From contig DATGMJ010000130.1 of the NCBI GenBank assembly GCA_035293685.1, positions 1-41,129 on the forward strand: a DNA stretch of 41,129 nt, read 5' to 3'. A model generated the notes under the pieces. It did not search any database, was not told where the DNA came from, and saw only the letters and a program-made list of their open reading frames with translations. Numbering within the stretch: position 1 is the stretch's first letter; each line of letters opens with the position of its first letter. A program made the translations under genes and the position numbers. Source of the DNA: Chloroflexota bacterium (lineage in GTDB: Bacteria > Chloroflexota > UBA6077 > FW602-bin22 > CADDYW01). Shown here one piece after another: positions 17,763-28,552 of the stretch.

Positions 17763-18397
17763 TCGGTTCTTGTGGTGGATACTGCAAGGCCGGTCGTCAC
17801 TGGCCGCCACGGAGGGCGCTGGCTCTCATAGGCAGCAATCTCGGCCTCATGCTGCAGGGTGAGGCCGATGTCGTCCAGGCCGTGAAGCAGACAGTGCCGC
17901 CGGAAAGGATTGATCTCGAACGGAACGGACAGCCCGTGACTGTCCTCGACCAGATTGCGCTCCAGATCGACAGTCAGCTGATAGCCTGGTCGCTCCTTCG
18001 CGCGCGCGATGATCTGGTTGACGGTCTCCTCGGGTAAGGTGACCGGCAGGATGCCGTTCTGGAAGCAGTTGTTGTAAAAGATGTCGGCGAACGACGGGGC
18101 GATGATCGCCCGAAAGCCATAGTCCAGGAGTGCCCAGGGAGCGTGCTCCCGGGACGAGCCACAGCCAAAATTGCGCCCGGCGGCCAGGATCGTCGCGCCG
18201 CGATAACCCGGGTGATTCAGTTCAAAGTCCGGATTAGGCTGGCCGTCCGGGAGGTAGCGCCAATCAAAGAACAGGAATTGCCCGAAACCGGTGCGCTCGA
18301 CCCGTTTCAGGAACTGCTTCGGGATGATCTGGTCAGTATCGACGTTTACCCGATCGAGCGGGGCAACGATGCCGGTGAGGCGGATGAAAGGCTCCAT
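17756..18397 (-). CDS. leuD: 3-isopropylmalate dehydratase small subunit
   Basis: [31 protein letters not shown]...[20 protein letters not shown] 18397 lies 5 nt after the leuC stop. The track ORF start at 18775 is rejected. Confidence 0.93.
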   Translation of the reverse strand: MEPFIRLTGIVAPLDRVNVDTDQIIPKQFLKRVERTGFGQFLFFDWRYLPDGQPNPDFELNHPGYRGATILAAGRNFGCGSSREHAPWALLDYGFRAIIAPSFADIFYNNCFQNGILPVTLPEETVNQIIARAKERPGYQLTVDLERNLVEDSHGLSVPFEINPFRRHCLLHGLDDIGLTLQHEAEIAAYESQRPPWRPVTTGLAVSTTRTDQ

Positions 18398-18402
18398 GGG
18401 GT

Positions 18403-19815
18403 TCAATCCTCGAAGTCCCAGTCTCGGATATCCACGAAGTGGCCGGCGATCGCCGCGGCGGCCGCCATAACCGGGCTGACCAGGTGGGTCCGACCACCCT
18501 TGCCCTGCCGTCCCTCGAAGTTGCGATTCGAGGTCGAGGCGCAGCGCTCGCCCGGGCGAAGGATGTCTGGATTCATTCCCAGGCACATGGAACAGCCCGC
18601 CTCGCGCCACTCGAATCCAGCTTCCTGGAAGATCCGGTCGAGCCCTTCTGCCTCGGCCTGGCGCTTGACTGTTGTCGAACCGGGGACAACCATGGCGCGA
18701 ACGCGCGGATGGACCTTTCGCCCCCGGACTACCCTGGCGGCGGCGCGGAGATCCTCGATGCGGCTGTTGGTGCACGATCCCAGAAAAACCCGATCAATGG
18801 GAATATCCTGGATCGCCGTGCCGGGAGTCAACCCCATGTACTCGAGCGCACGCTCGGCGGCACGCCGGTCAGCCGGGTCGCTGAACGACGACGGATCGGG
18901 AACGCGGCCGGTGACCGGCACGACCATGCCCGGATTGGTTCCCCAGGTCACGAACGGGGCGAGAGAGCTCGCCTCGATCTCCACGACGCGATCGAAGTGG
19001 GCACCAGGATCGGTGGGCAGGGTCTGCCAGACCGCGAGAGCCCGCTCGAAGTCGGCACCCCGCGGAGCGCATGGTCTTCCTTCGAGATAGGCGAAGGTCG
19101 TATCATCCGGTGCGACCATGCCCGCTCGGGCGCCGGCCTCGATGGACATATTGCAGATGGTCATCCGCCCTTCCATGGATAAGGAGCGGATCGCCTCGCC
19201 GGTATACTCGACGGCATAGCCGGTAGCCCCCGCCGTGCCAATCGTCCCGATGATTCCGAGAATCACGTCCTTCGCGGTCACGCCGCGCGGCAGCCGGCCA
19301 TTGACGCGGATCTCCATCGTCTTTGGGCGGGTCTGGAGGAGGCATTGGGTGGCCAGGACGTGCTCGACCTCAGATGTCCCGATGCCAAAAGCGAGCGCGC
19401 CAAAGGCCCCGTGGGTCGACGTGTGGCTGTCGCCGCAGACGATCGTCATGCCTGGCTGGGTGAGGCCGAGCTCCGGCCCGATGATGTGCACGATCCCTTG
19501 ACGCGGGCTGTGGAGGTCGAAGAGCGGGATGCCGAACTCCGCACAGTTGCGCGCCAGGACCTCCATCTGACGACGCGAGATCTCATCGGTGACCGGCAGC
19601 GAGCGTGCCCAGGTCGGGACGTTGTGGTCCATTGTGGCGATGGTCAGATCGGGACGCCGAACCCGCCGACCGCTCAGCCGGAGGCCGTCAAAGGCCTGGG
19701 GCGAGGTGACCTCATGGACGAGGTGGAGGTCAATATAGAGTAGCGCCGGCTCTCCTGGCGCCTCGCGCACAACGTGGGAATCCCAGATCTTTTCAAACAT
19801 CGTCCGGGCAGACAT
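18403..19815 (-). CDS. leuC: 3-isopropylmalate dehydratase large subunit
   Basis: 470-aa aconitase-family protein: [11 protein letters not shown]...[15 protein letters not shown]...[12 protein letters not shown]...MCLGMNPD. Confidence 0.95.
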   Translation of the reverse strand: MSARTMFEKIWDSHVVREAPGEPALLYIDLHLVHEVTSPQAFDGLRLSGRRVRRPDLTIATMDHNVPTWARSLPVTDEISRRQMEVLARNCAEFGIPLFDLHSPRQGIVHIIGPELGLTQPGMTIVCGDSHTSTHGAFGALAFGIGTSEVEHVLATQCLLQTRPKTMEIRVNGRLPRGVTAKDVILGIIGTIGTAGATGYAVEYTGEAIRSLSMEGRMTICNMSIEAGARAGMVAPDDTTFAYLEGRPCAPRGADFERALAVWQTLPTDPGAHFDRVVEIEASSLAPFVTWGTNPGMVVPVTGRVPDPSSFSDPADRRAAERALEYMGLTPGTAIQDIPIDRVFLGSCTNSRIEDLRAAARVVRGRKVHPRVRAMVVPGSTTVKRQAEAEGLDRIFQEAGFEWREAGCSMCLGMNPDILRPGERCASTSNRNFEGRQGKGGRTHLVSPVMAAAAAIAGHFVDIRDWDFED

Positions 19816-20205
19816 CCGTGGTCATCCTCGCAGTGTTGGTGCTTGGCGCGGCGCGTATACCGCGTCGGTCAGACTGCCAGGCGGTACCGGCAGGCCTGTT
19901 CCTCATTCTACCGGATTCTCGTCCGTCCGAAAAGGAGGCACTAGTCGGACGGCCGCGACAGTGCAGGCCGATATCGGTCGGCTGGACGGTCAGGACCGGT
20001 CAGGCCTATACTTTGTGCTGAGGAAGCCCCGCTGAGGAGGCGGAAGATCATCGAGGGCGAAGGGGCGCGCCCGCGCGGCGCGCGGTTCACTGCGGCTATC
20101 TCCAGCCTGATTGGCGATCGCCCGGGCCAGAGTACGGACGACCAGGGACTGTCACTGGCACCCCATCCATCCCATCAGGGATGCCTCCCGATCGGGACGC
20201 ACAGA

Positions 20206-20769
20206 GTGCGGTTCGCGTCGGTCGCGCGGATCCTGGCCCTGCTGCTCTTTCTCATGGTCGCAGTGGGTGCGCTCTGGTGGTTCCTGGCAGACCGTCCAGC
20301 TTCATCCGATCTGCCCGCTGTGGGTACGCTTGCCCCGGATTTCACCCTGGATGATGTGGCCGGGCGCGCCGTGACGCTCTCTGCGTATCGTGGGAAAACA
20401 GTTATTCTCAACTTCTGGGCGACCTGGTGTCCGCCCTGTCGCGCTGAGATGCCGGCGATCAACGCCGCGGCGCGGAGATATCCGAATGTCGTTGTCCTGG
20501 CGGTTGATCTCGAAGAGGGTCCGGCCCTCGTCAGGCCGTACGCGCAGGAGTTGGGGCTAATCTTCACTCCCGTTCTCGATACGACCGGTCGGGTCACCGC
20601 GCTGTATCACGTGAGCTCACTGCCGAGCTCTTTCTTCATTGGTCCGGATGGCCGCATCCGGGCAGTCCACGTGGGGGCGATGGATGAGCGGACGATCGAG
20701 ATGAATATTGGTCGTGCCTCCGGAGTCCCCTCCGGTGGAATCGTCAGGGGGGGACGAGAGCCCTCATAA
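20206..20769 (+). CDS. Membrane-anchored TlpA/ResA-like thiol-disulfide oxidoreductase
   Basis: N-terminal TM anchor and a thioredoxin fold with WATWCPPC. GTG start with a weak SD. Confidence 0.8.
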   Translation: MRFASVARILALLLFLMVAVGALWWFLADRPASSDLPAVGTLAPDFTLDDVAGRAVTLSAYRGKTVILNFWATWCPPCRAEMPAINAAARRYPNVVVLAVDLEEGPALVRPYAQELGLIFTPVLDTTGRVTALYHVSSLPSSFFIGPDGRIRAVHVGAMDERTIEMNIGRASGVPSGGIVRGGREPS

Positions 20770-20821
20770 GCGCAGCGCCGCGCGAGTCAGTGCCCTGGTG
20801 GGGCACGAACAGGGAGGGGGT

Positions 20822-22306
20822 ATGAGCGCGGTTCATCTTAACTACATTGATGGGCAGTGGTGCCCGGCGGAGAATGGGGAGACGTTCGACAGCATTGACC
20901 CGGCGACGGGCGACAGCGTGGGAACTGTGGTACGCTCGACGCCGAGCGATGTTGCCGCAGCATGCCGGGCGGCCGCACGAGCCTTCGATCGCTGGCGGCT
21001 GATGCCCGCTCCTCGGCGAGCCGAGATTCTCTTCCGCGCGGGTGAGATTTTGATTCGCCGCAAGGAGGAGTTCGCGCGTCTCATGACGCGGGAGATGGGC
21101 AAGGTTCTCCAGGAGTCGCGGGGTGACGTCCAGGAAGCGATCGACATGGCATTCTATATGGCGGGTGAGGGCCGTCGTTCGTTCGGGCAGACGACACCCT
21201 CCGAACTGCCAGACAAGTTCGCCATGTCGGTCCGTGCCCCGCTTGGTGTTGTCGCGGCGATCACCCCATGGAATTTCCCCCTCGCCATCCCGGCCTGGAA
21301 GATCTTCCCGGCCCTCGTGCTGGGGAATACCGTTGTCTACAAGCCGTCGTCGGAGACGGCCGTCACCTCCAGCATGATCGTGCATGTCCTCGAGGAGGCC
21401 GGTCTGCCGCCGGGGGTGCTGAATCTCGTGCACGGTCCGGGCGCATCCGTCGGGACAGCTCTGGCCCGTCAGGATGAGGTCGTGCTGGTGTCCTTTACCG
21501 GCTCGACCGAGGTCGGACGCCAGCTCACGATTGATCTGGCGCCGCAGATGAAGCGCCTTTCCCTCGAGATGGGAGGGAAAAACGCGATCATCGTGCTGGA
21601 CGACGCCGACCTGGACCTGGCGGTCGATGGGATCGTCTGGAGCGCGTTTGGAACGAGCGGTCAGCGGTGCACGGCGGCAAGTCGGGTCATCGTGCAGCGG
21701 CGGGTGCACGATGCGTTGGTGCAGAAGCTGGTCAATCGCACGCGGCAGCTGCGCCTGGGGAACGGTCTCGACCCGGACGTTGACGTGGGGCCGGTGATTA
21801 ACCGCGCCCAGCTCGAGAAGATTGACCGGTACGTGCGCATCGGCGTGCAGGAAGGGGCGCGGATCCTGACCGGCGGCCGCATTGCGACCGGCGGGGGGCT
21901 GGAACGGGGCTTTTTCTACGAGCCCACGATTTTTGACGGCGCGACGCCCGCCATGCGCATCGCCCAGGAGGAGATCTTCGGGCCGGTGACCGCGGTGATC
22001 ACCGTCGATTCGCTCGAAGAGGCGATCGCCGTCAACAATACTGTTGCGTACGGACTGTCGAGCGCGATCTACACGCGCGATGTGAATCGGGCATTCACCG
22101 CCATGCGCGAGCTGACGACCGGCCTTGTCTATGTGAACGCTGGGACCATCGGCGCGGAGATTCACCTGCCGTTCGGCGGGACCCGGGCGACGGGCAACGG
22201 TCATCGGGAGGCTGGGACGGCAGCGCTGGACGTGTTCTCCGAATGGAAAACGATCTTTGTCGACTATTCCGGGCGGCTCCAGCGTGCCCAGATTGACCTC
22301 GGGTGA
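20822..22306 (+). CDS. NAD(P)-dependent aldehyde dehydrogenase
   Basis: 494 aa. Catalytic contexts LEMGGKN (Glu) and GQRCTAASR (Cys), plus ITPWNFP. ATG 20822 follows a GGGAGGGGG SD. Confidence 0.9.
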   Translation: MSAVHLNYIDGQWCPAENGETFDSIDPATGDSVGTVVRSTPSDVAAACRAAARAFDRWRLMPAPRRAEILFRAGEILIRRKEEFARLMTREMGKVLQESRGDVQEAIDMAFYMAGEGRRSFGQTTPSELPDKFAMSVRAPLGVVAAITPWNFPLAIPAWKIFPALVLGNTVVYKPSSETAVTSSMIVHVLEEAGLPPGVLNLVHGPGASVGTALARQDEVVLVSFTGSTEVGRQLTIDLAPQMKRLSLEMGGKNAIIVLDDADLDLAVDGIVWSAFGTSGQRCTAASRVIVQRRVHDALVQKLVNRTRQLRLGNGLDPDVDVGPVINRAQLEKIDRYVRIGVQEGARILTGGRIATGGGLERGFFYEPTIFDGATPAMRIAQEEIFGPVTAVITVDSLEEAIAVNNTVAYGLSSAIYTRDVNRAFTAMRELTTGLVYVNAGTIGAEIHLPFGGTRATGNGHREAGTAALDVFSEWKTIFVDYSGRLQRAQIDLG

Positions 22307-22333
22307 GATGGCAGCCAGAGATGACGCAGCCGG

Positions 22334-23665
22334 TCAGGGGCTGCTGCGCAGGTACGGGGTAAAGAGGGCCTGTCGGGCGGCGTTGACCGTGCGCCAGTCT
22401 GACGTCAGCACGCTGCCGGTGTCGGTACTGCCCGGATTCAGGGCCCAGGTGATAAAGCCGAGGTGATGATAGTCCAGATAGGACAGGAGGGCGCGCTGCC
22501 AGGTGCCGCCGGTGTCATAGCCCGTCTCGGGTGCTCCCATCTCCCCGACAACAACCGGGGCCAGGCCATGCTCGACGATGAACCCCCAGTGAGTGTTCCA
22601 GATGCCGGGCAGGTTACTGGGGAAATCAGGCGTGAAGAACCAGGGCTGGGGATAGACAGACGGGCCGTATTCGTGCGGACTGTAGACCAGCCGTCCGGGA
22701 ATGGCGAGATGGATCGCGGCGCGCGCTACGCCGCGGAGTTCGCCCCCGTACCAGTAGTCCTGGCCGCCGTCGCGGCCGATCCCCTGAACGAAGATGAGGA
22801 GGCGCGGGTTGACGGCAAGGATGGCGTTACCGGCGCGGGTCGCGGCGCGGTGCCAGTCGGTACGCGGATCGCCAGCCGCCCAGGTCGCGCCGTAGGGCTC
22901 GTTCTGAAGGTCGAACCCGACCACGGTATCGTTGCCCGCGTAGCGGCGCGCCAGACGCTGCCAGTCGGTGATCCACTGCTCTTCGCTGTAGGTATCGTCA
23001 AACCAGAGCGGAGGCACCGACCACGGCGCGATCCGGTGGTGATCCAGGATCACCTTGAGCCCGAGGCGGCCGCAGGCGGCGATAATGTGATCGAGGATCT
23101 CGAGACCGGTCAGGCCGCGCAGATCGGGATTGAGACGGTCGTCGATGTTGGTTGGATGGAAGTCCGGCTGAATAGAGGCACTGCTGAACGGGATGCGGAT
23201 GACATTATAGCCGAGTGCCTTGACGATGCTCAGGATGGTTCGGTAGCCTTGGCGGTCGAGGCCCTGCGGGGCGCCGCCTCCCAGCTCCATGCCCGACCAG
23301 GCAACGCCCGCAATGCGAATCGGTCGACCGGTTCGATCCACGATATAGACGCCGCAGGTATGCCAGTAATCGAGGAGACGACCATTCGGACCGCGGGCCG
23401 GCGCCAGCCCAGCCGGATCAGCGGCACAGGGGGGAGGGGGAGGCAGCCGGGGTGCCACCGCCGGTGGGGATGGTACCGAACGCGGATGATCCCCTGCTGT
23501 GCCAAGCAGGATAAGCATAAACAGAACGACGGGGAGCCAGCCGGGGAAGCGGGGCAGAAACGGAAAAGCCAGATGGGGCTCTGTCCGGCCGTGCCATCCT
23601 GTATCCATGTGCACTCGCCTTACTGCGAAGGCCCGCGGACACGGATTGCGCAGGGGGCGTGCCAT
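22334..23665 (-). CDS. Membrane-anchored glycoside hydrolase family 5 (cellulase-like)
   Basis: Catalytic contexts DLQNEP (acid/base) and VVGEMG (nucleophile). The N-terminus has a TM anchor (WLPVVLFMLILLG) and a Pro-rich linker. The start is uncertain: 23665 or ATG 23608. Confidence 0.8.
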   Translation of the reverse strand: MARPLRNPCPRAFAVRRVHMDTGWHGRTEPHLAFPFLPRFPGWLPVVLFMLILLGTAGDHPRSVPSPPAVAPRLPPPPPCAADPAGLAPARGPNGRLLDYWHTCGVYIVDRTGRPIRIAGVAWSGMELGGGAPQGLDRQGYRTILSIVKALGYNVIRIPFSSASIQPDFHPTNIDDRLNPDLRGLTGLEILDHIIAACGRLGLKVILDHHRIAPWSVPPLWFDDTYSEEQWITDWQRLARRYAGNDTVVGFDLQNEPYGATWAAGDPRTDWHRAATRAGNAILAVNPRLLIFVQGIGRDGGQDYWYGGELRGVARAAIHLAIPGRLVYSPHEYGPSVYPQPWFFTPDFPSNLPGIWNTHWGFIVEHGLAPVVVGEMGAPETGYDTGGTWQRALLSYLDYHHLGFITWALNPGSTDTGSVLTSDWRTVNAARQALFTPYLRSSP

Positions 23666-23784
23666 CGGCGCGCAGGCCCATCGTCTCTGGTCCGGGATTC
23701 AGTCCGGTCTGTCGAATGCGGATTGGCGCGGCAGGATGAGGTAAATCAAGGCCGTCGGGGATCAGCCGGCGGTCCGGAGGATGC

Positions 23785-24807
23785 ATGCTGAGGCGGTCAC
23801 GCTACCTGGGCTTCGTGATAACCGGCGCGTTCATCGCGCTCCTGGCGTGGAAGATCGACCTCCACGAGCTGGAGGTAGCGCTTGTCCGTGCCAACTACCT
23901 GTTCATCGGGCCGATTGTCGGCTGTATCTGCGCGAGCTATCTCCTCCGAACGCTGCGCTGGAAGAGGATCCTGGGGCCGGTTCGGACGCTGTCATTCCGG
24001 ACGCTGGTGTCGGTCGTGTTCATCGGCTTCATGGCCAACAATATCCTGCCGGCGCGGATGGGCGAGCTGGTGCGGGCGTATGCTCTTGGCCAGAAGACCG
24101 GCCTGAGCAAGAGCCTGGGCCTGGCGACGATTCTGGTCGAGCGGCTGTGTGATGGGCTGACGCTTGTGCTCGTGCTCGGGGTGATTGCCCTGGCGATGCC
24201 GTTACCATCGCTTGTTCGGGAGGTTGGGATTGTCGCTAGCCTCGTCTTTTTTGCCGCGGGCGCTGGAATAGTGCTGGTCCTGGCCGGCGGTGACCGTGTC
24301 CGTTGCCTACTCGTCCGGGCATCCCAATCACTGCCCGAACGCCTTTCCCGTCCGATCGAGCGTAAGGCAGACGCATTCATTGCGGGCCTGCGCACTGTCC
24401 AGGGAGGGCGCCAGCTCGCGGTCATCGCCGGATGGTCAATTCTGGTCTGGTCGGTCGAGGCGGCAACCTACCTGCTTGTTCTCAGGAGCTTTGGTCCTCC
24501 ACGGCTGCATGGTCCTCCTGTGCTGGCGGCCCTCCTGATGATGGCGATGGTCAATCTTGGCACGCTGATCCCCTCGGCTCCCGGTTACGTGGGAGCCTAT
24601 CAGTTCTTTGGCGTGCTGGCGCTCGGGGCCGTTGGTGTTCCGGGCGGGGTAGCCCTAGCGATCGCGATTGTCGCTCATGCCGCACAGTGGGTAACTGTTA
24701 CGGTGATCGGACTGCTCTGCATGGCACGGGAGAGCATGACCGTGAGCGTGGCCCCCGACGGGGCCATGGCAGACATTCCGTCTGGCTCCGCCGGGCGCTG
24801 GCGGTAG
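23785..24807 (+). CDS. UPF0104 / LPG_synthase_TM (flippase-like) integral membrane protein, paralog 1
   Basis: 340-aa polytopic protein. Family-typical segments are RWKRIL...GFMANNILPARMGELVRAY...ERLCDGL and PSAPGYVGAYQ. Confidence 0.75.
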   Translation: MLRRSRYLGFVITGAFIALLAWKIDLHELEVALVRANYLFIGPIVGCICASYLLRTLRWKRILGPVRTLSFRTLVSVVFIGFMANNILPARMGELVRAYALGQKTGLSKSLGLATILVERLCDGLTLVLVLGVIALAMPLPSLVREVGIVASLVFFAAGAGIVLVLAGGDRVRCLLVRASQSLPERLSRPIERKADAFIAGLRTVQGGRQLAVIAGWSILVWSVEAATYLLVLRSFGPPRLHGPPVLAALLMMAMVNLGTLIPSAPGYVGAYQFFGVLALGAVGVPGGVALAIAIVAHAAQWVTVTVIGLLCMARESMTVSVAPDGAMADIPSGSAGRWR

Positions 24808-24817
24808 GGAGCGCGGG

Positions 24818-25834
24818 ATGCGACGATACTGGCGCCTTGGCGTCGGGGTGCTCGTGAGCCTTTTCTTTCTGCTCTGGGCGGCGCGGCTCGCCGGCAGCTT
24901 TCGCGGCATGGTTGCGGCGCTGGGCGAAGCCAACTACTGGTTCCTCCTTCCGGCGCTGATCGCCTACTTCGCTGGCGTCTGGCTTCGAGCGATGCGCTGG
25001 CACGTTCTCCTGCGCCCAGTGCGCGCGGTTCCCCCGCGGCGGCTGTTCCCGGTGGTTGTGATCGGCTACATGGCAAATGACGTCCTTCCGGCGCGGCTTG
25101 GCGAGCTGGTCCGCGCGTATATCCTGGGTGATCAGGAGGGGGTGGCGAAGACAACAACCCTTGGTACCATCGTGATCGAGCGACTGTTCGATGGGCTTGC
25201 CCTGCTCGTCTTTGCTGGCGGCGTGGGGCTGAGCGTGCCACTGGATCCCCAGGTCGCTGGCGTCGTGCGCCTGGCCGCGGCGGTGTTCCTGGCAGCGCTG
25301 GCGGCAGCGGTGGCACTCGGCGCGGTGCGAACCCGGGCCGCGCGGGCGGTTGAGCTGGCCGAGCGATGGCTCCCACCATCCGTGCGCGGGCGCCTGTCCG
25401 CTCTGACGATCCGCTTCCTCGAGGGACTGGGGTGCTTGCAAAGCGGCCGCCTGATCATCGCGGTGGCCGCGCTATCGCTTGGCGCATGGCTGTGCGAAGC
25501 GGCGATGTACTGGATCCTGTCGCTGGGGTTTGGCCTTGGGCTCGGCTTTCCGTCCTATCTGCTGACCACGGCAATTGCGAATCTCGGAGCGATGGTGCCG
25601 GCTGCGCCGGGGTATATCGGCACCTTCGACCTGGGCGCGCTCGCGAGCTTGCGCCTCTTCGGGGCGGATCCCGCCCGGGCGGCTGGCTTCGTAGTAGTCC
25701 TCCACCTGGCGCTGCTCCTGCCGGTGTCGGTCCTGGGCTTTTACTATCTCTGGAGGTTTCAACTGTCGCTTCGGATGCTTGGTCAGCGCATGTCCGCCGC
25801 GAGGGCCGATGACCTGTCCGTGCCGACTTCCTGA
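24818..25834 (+). CDS. UPF0104 / LPG_synthase_TM (flippase-like) integral membrane protein, paralog 2
   Basis: 338 aa with the same motifs as paralog 1 (RWHVLL...GYMANDVLPARLGELVRAY...ERLFDGL, PAAPGYIGTFD). It starts 10 nt after paralog 1. Confidence 0.75.
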   Translation: MRRYWRLGVGVLVSLFFLLWAARLAGSFRGMVAALGEANYWFLLPALIAYFAGVWLRAMRWHVLLRPVRAVPPRRLFPVVVIGYMANDVLPARLGELVRAYILGDQEGVAKTTTLGTIVIERLFDGLALLVFAGGVGLSVPLDPQVAGVVRLAAAVFLAALAAAVALGAVRTRAARAVELAERWLPPSVRGRLSALTIRFLEGLGCLQSGRLIIAVAALSLGAWLCEAAMYWILSLGFGLGLGFPSYLLTTAIANLGAMVPAAPGYIGTFDLGALASLRLFGADPARAAGFVVVLHLALLLPVSVLGFYYLWRFQLSLRMLGQRMSAARADDLSVPTS

Positions 25835-25894
25835 GAACGCCGGCCTGATCCAGGACGATGGTGAGCAAAGAGTAGACAGATTAGTGAGGGAGCT

Positions 25895-27205
25895 ATGACC
25901 GAACCGAACCTGCACATCGGCGTGCTTGGCGGCGGTGCCCTCGGGCTGTCGGCTGCCTATCGGCTGGCCCGGCGTGGTGTCCGGGTAACGGTGCTGGAGA
26001 AAGAGGATATTGTTGGGGGGCTGGCGGCATCCTTTCCCGTCGGGAATGTCTACCTCGAGAAGTTTTACCACCACCTGTTTCGTTCGGACCGGGTCATAAC
26101 TGCGCTGATCCACGAGCTGGGTCTGGGAGATCGCCTGGTGTGGCGAAAGGCGCGCACTGCCAACCTGATCAATGGTCGGATCTATCCGATGGATCCGCTT
26201 CGCCTGCTCACGCTGCCGGTGCTGCCGGTGAGCGATCGCTTGCGCCTCTGCCTGGGAATGGCCTACCTCAAGCTCTGCTCGGACTACCATCGCTTCGAGG
26301 GTCAGCTGGCGATCGATTGGATCCAGCGGTGGATGGGGAAGCGGACGTATGAGGTGATCTGGCGGCCGCTCTTCGAATCAAAGTTCGGCGAGCACTACAC
26401 CCGGGTCGCAATGCCGTGGTTCTGGTCGCGGGTTCACTGTCGAAGCCTTTCCCTGGGGTACCTGCGCGGTGGTTTCCACCAGCTCTACGTGGCGCTGCTC
26501 GAGCGCATCAAGGCTCTCGGGGGCACGGTGCGAACTGGCCAGACCGTCGAGCGGATCGAGGCGGCGCCGGGCGGCCGGGTTTGGGTCACGGTGAATGGCG
26601 CGGTCGAGGAGTTCGACCGGGTGGTGTGCACCCTGCCGACCCGCTTGTTTACCCGGTTGGCGGTGGGTCTTCCGCCCGACTACCGGAGTCGCTATGATTG
26701 GGGCGATTACCACGGCGCGCACTGCGTGATCCTGGCGCTTGATCGCCCCTTGACCGATGTCTACTGGCTGAGCATTAACGACCGGGGCTTCCCATTCCTG
26801 GTCCTGGTCGAGCACGGCAACTTCATGCCAGTTGAGGACTATGGGGGCCGCTGGCTGGTGTATCTGGGGAATTACCTTCCCAATACGGATCGTCGGTTCA
26901 GGATGACGCGCGACGAACTCCTGGACTGGTACCTGCCGTACCTTGCTCGCATCAACCCGGCGTTCGACCGATCATGGGTCAAGGAGGCGTGGGTCTTCCA
27001 GGCGCCATTTGCCCAGCCGATTGTCACGGTTGATTACCACGCGCATATTCCACCGCACGAGACGCCGATCCCAGGGGTGTTCCTGGCGAATATGTTCCAG
27101 GTCTATCCGCAGGATCGGGGACAGAACTACAGTATCGAGCTGGCCTATCGGGTCGCGGATCTCGCCCTCACTCGCCCGACGGCCGTGCTCGCGAAGGCAG
27201 GGTAG
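25895..27205 (+). CDS. FAD/NAD(P)-binding oxidoreductase (amine-oxidase / HemY-CrtI-like fold)
   Basis: N-terminal dinucleotide-binding motif ([37 protein letters not shown]). 436 aa. GAGGGAG SD. Confidence 0.7.
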   Translation: MTEPNLHIGVLGGGALGLSAAYRLARRGVRVTVLEKEDIVGGLAASFPVGNVYLEKFYHHLFRSDRVITALIHELGLGDRLVWRKARTANLINGRIYPMDPLRLLTLPVLPVSDRLRLCLGMAYLKLCSDYHRFEGQLAIDWIQRWMGKRTYEVIWRPLFESKFGEHYTRVAMPWFWSRVHCRSLSLGYLRGGFHQLYVALLERIKALGGTVRTGQTVERIEAAPGGRVWVTVNGAVEEFDRVVCTLPTRLFTRLAVGLPPDYRSRYDWGDYHGAHCVILALDRPLTDVYWLSINDRGFPFLVLVEHGNFMPVEDYGGRWLVYLGNYLPNTDRRFRMTRDELLDWYLPYLARINPAFDRSWVKEAWVFQAPFAQPIVTVDYHAHIPPHETPIPGVFLANMFQVYPQDRGQNYSIELAYRVADLALTRPTAVLAKAG

Positions 27206-27210
27206 GAGAG

Positions 27211-28551
27211 ATGGCCAATATCTGCATTGTTGGCACGGGCTACGTGGGGCTGACAACCGGAGCGTGCTTCGCCGATCTGGGGAATCGGGTGATCTGCCTT
27301 GACATCGACCGTGAAAAGATCGCCAACCTGAAGCGCGGCATCTTGCCAATCTACGAGCCCGGGCTGGAAGAGATGGTAAGCCGGAACCGGGAGGCCGGCC
27401 GCCTCTTCTTCACCGATAGCTATGATGAAGGCCTGGCGGAGGCTGAGTTCGCTTTCATTGCGGTCGATACGCCGCCCGATCTTGATGGAGGCGCGGACCT
27501 GCTGCACCTCCGGGAAGCGGCGGCGTCGATCGCCCGAGCGATGCGCCGTCCCCTGATCGTGGTCAACAAGAGCACGGTGCCCGTGGGGGCTGGTGATCTG
27601 GTCGCGGATATCATTGCCCGCCAGCGGGTGGTGGATGTTCCGTTCAGCGTGGTCTCGAATCCGGAGTTTCTGCGCGAGGGGACGGCGATTCATGACTGTC
27701 TGAATCCGGACCGCATTATCCTTGGGGCAACCGATCGCGCGGCCGCCGAACGGGTCGCTCGCCTCTACCAGGCGCTGAAGGCACCGATTCTGATCACCGA
27801 CCTGCATACGGCCGAGATGATCAAGTACGCGTCGAACTCGTTCCTGGCGACGAAGATTTCATTCATCAATGAGATCGCCGCGATCTGCGAGAAGCTGGGT
27901 GCGGATGTGAAGGTAGTGGCCCAGGGAATGGGGCTGGATCGGCGCATCGGGCCGGCCTTTCTCGAGGCCGGTCTGGGGTGGGGAGGGTCGTGCTTTCCGA
28001 AAGATGTCCGTGCCCTGGAATACATGGCCGCGGCGAACGGGTGCCACCCCCAGTTGCTTCGAGCAGTGATGGATATCAATCGCGACCAGCGCCGGCGCCT
28101 CGTCCAGAAGCTCCGGGAGGCTCTGGGTGGATCAGTCGCGGATTGCCGGATCGGCATCCTGGGGCTGTCCTTCAAGCCTAACACCGACGATCTCCGCGAT
28201 GCCCCGTCGCTGACGATTATCCGTCAGCTCCTCAACGAGGGGGCACAGGTGCGAGCATACGATCCGGTCGCGATGCGGCAGGCCGAGAAGATCCTGACCG
28301 GGGTGCATTTCGGCCCAACGCCGTACGCGATCGCGGACGGGGCCGATGCCCTGGTGATTGTGACGGAGTGGAACGAGTTCAAAGAACTCGATCTGGTGCG
28401 GATTCGGGATTGCATGGCTCGCCCCGTTATTGTAGACGGCCGCAATGTCTATGACCCTGCCCTGATGGCTGAGCTCGGATTTACCTACCTTTCGATTGGA
28501 AGGCCGCCAGTGAAGCCGGCTGCAGTCCAGCCGGCCCGGGCCGCCTCGTGA
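27211..28551 (+). CDS. ugd: UDP-glucose 6-dehydrogenase
   Basis: [24 protein letters not shown]... with the catalytic Cys context [10 protein letters not shown] and [12 protein letters not shown]. 446 aa. Confidence 0.92.
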   Translation: MANICIVGTGYVGLTTGACFADLGNRVICLDIDREKIANLKRGILPIYEPGLEEMVSRNREAGRLFFTDSYDEGLAEAEFAFIAVDTPPDLDGGADLLHLREAAASIARAMRRPLIVVNKSTVPVGAGDLVADIIARQRVVDVPFSVVSNPEFLREGTAIHDCLNPDRIILGATDRAAAERVARLYQALKAPILITDLHTAEMIKYASNSFLATKISFINEIAAICEKLGADVKVVAQGMGLDRRIGPAFLEAGLGWGGSCFPKDVRALEYMAAANGCHPQLLRAVMDINRDQRRRLVQKLREALGGSVADCRIGILGLSFKPNTDDLRDAPSLTIIRQLLNEGAQVRAYDPVAMRQAEKILTGVHFGPTPYAIADGADALVIVTEWNEFKELDLVRIRDCMARPVIVDGRNVYDPALMAELGFTYLSIGRPPVKPAAVQPARAAS

Positions 28552-28552
28552 G

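Noticed and set aside
19875-19895. GGTACCGC on the leuC strand, resembling part of the T-box conserved sequence
   Set aside because: It is only an 8-nt partial match. It lies about 60 nt from the start codon, downstream of the likely promoter. I found no Stem I, specifier or terminator-antiterminator architecture.
20744-22204. 486-aa minus-strand ORF antisense to the aldehyde dehydrogenase gene
   Set aside because: It is an Arg/Pro/Gly/His-rich shadow ORF, and the sense strand has clear ALDH catalytic motifs.
22463-23791. 442-aa plus-strand ORF antisense to the GH5 gene
   Set aside because: Shadow ORF; the GH5 catalytic motifs are on the opposite strand.
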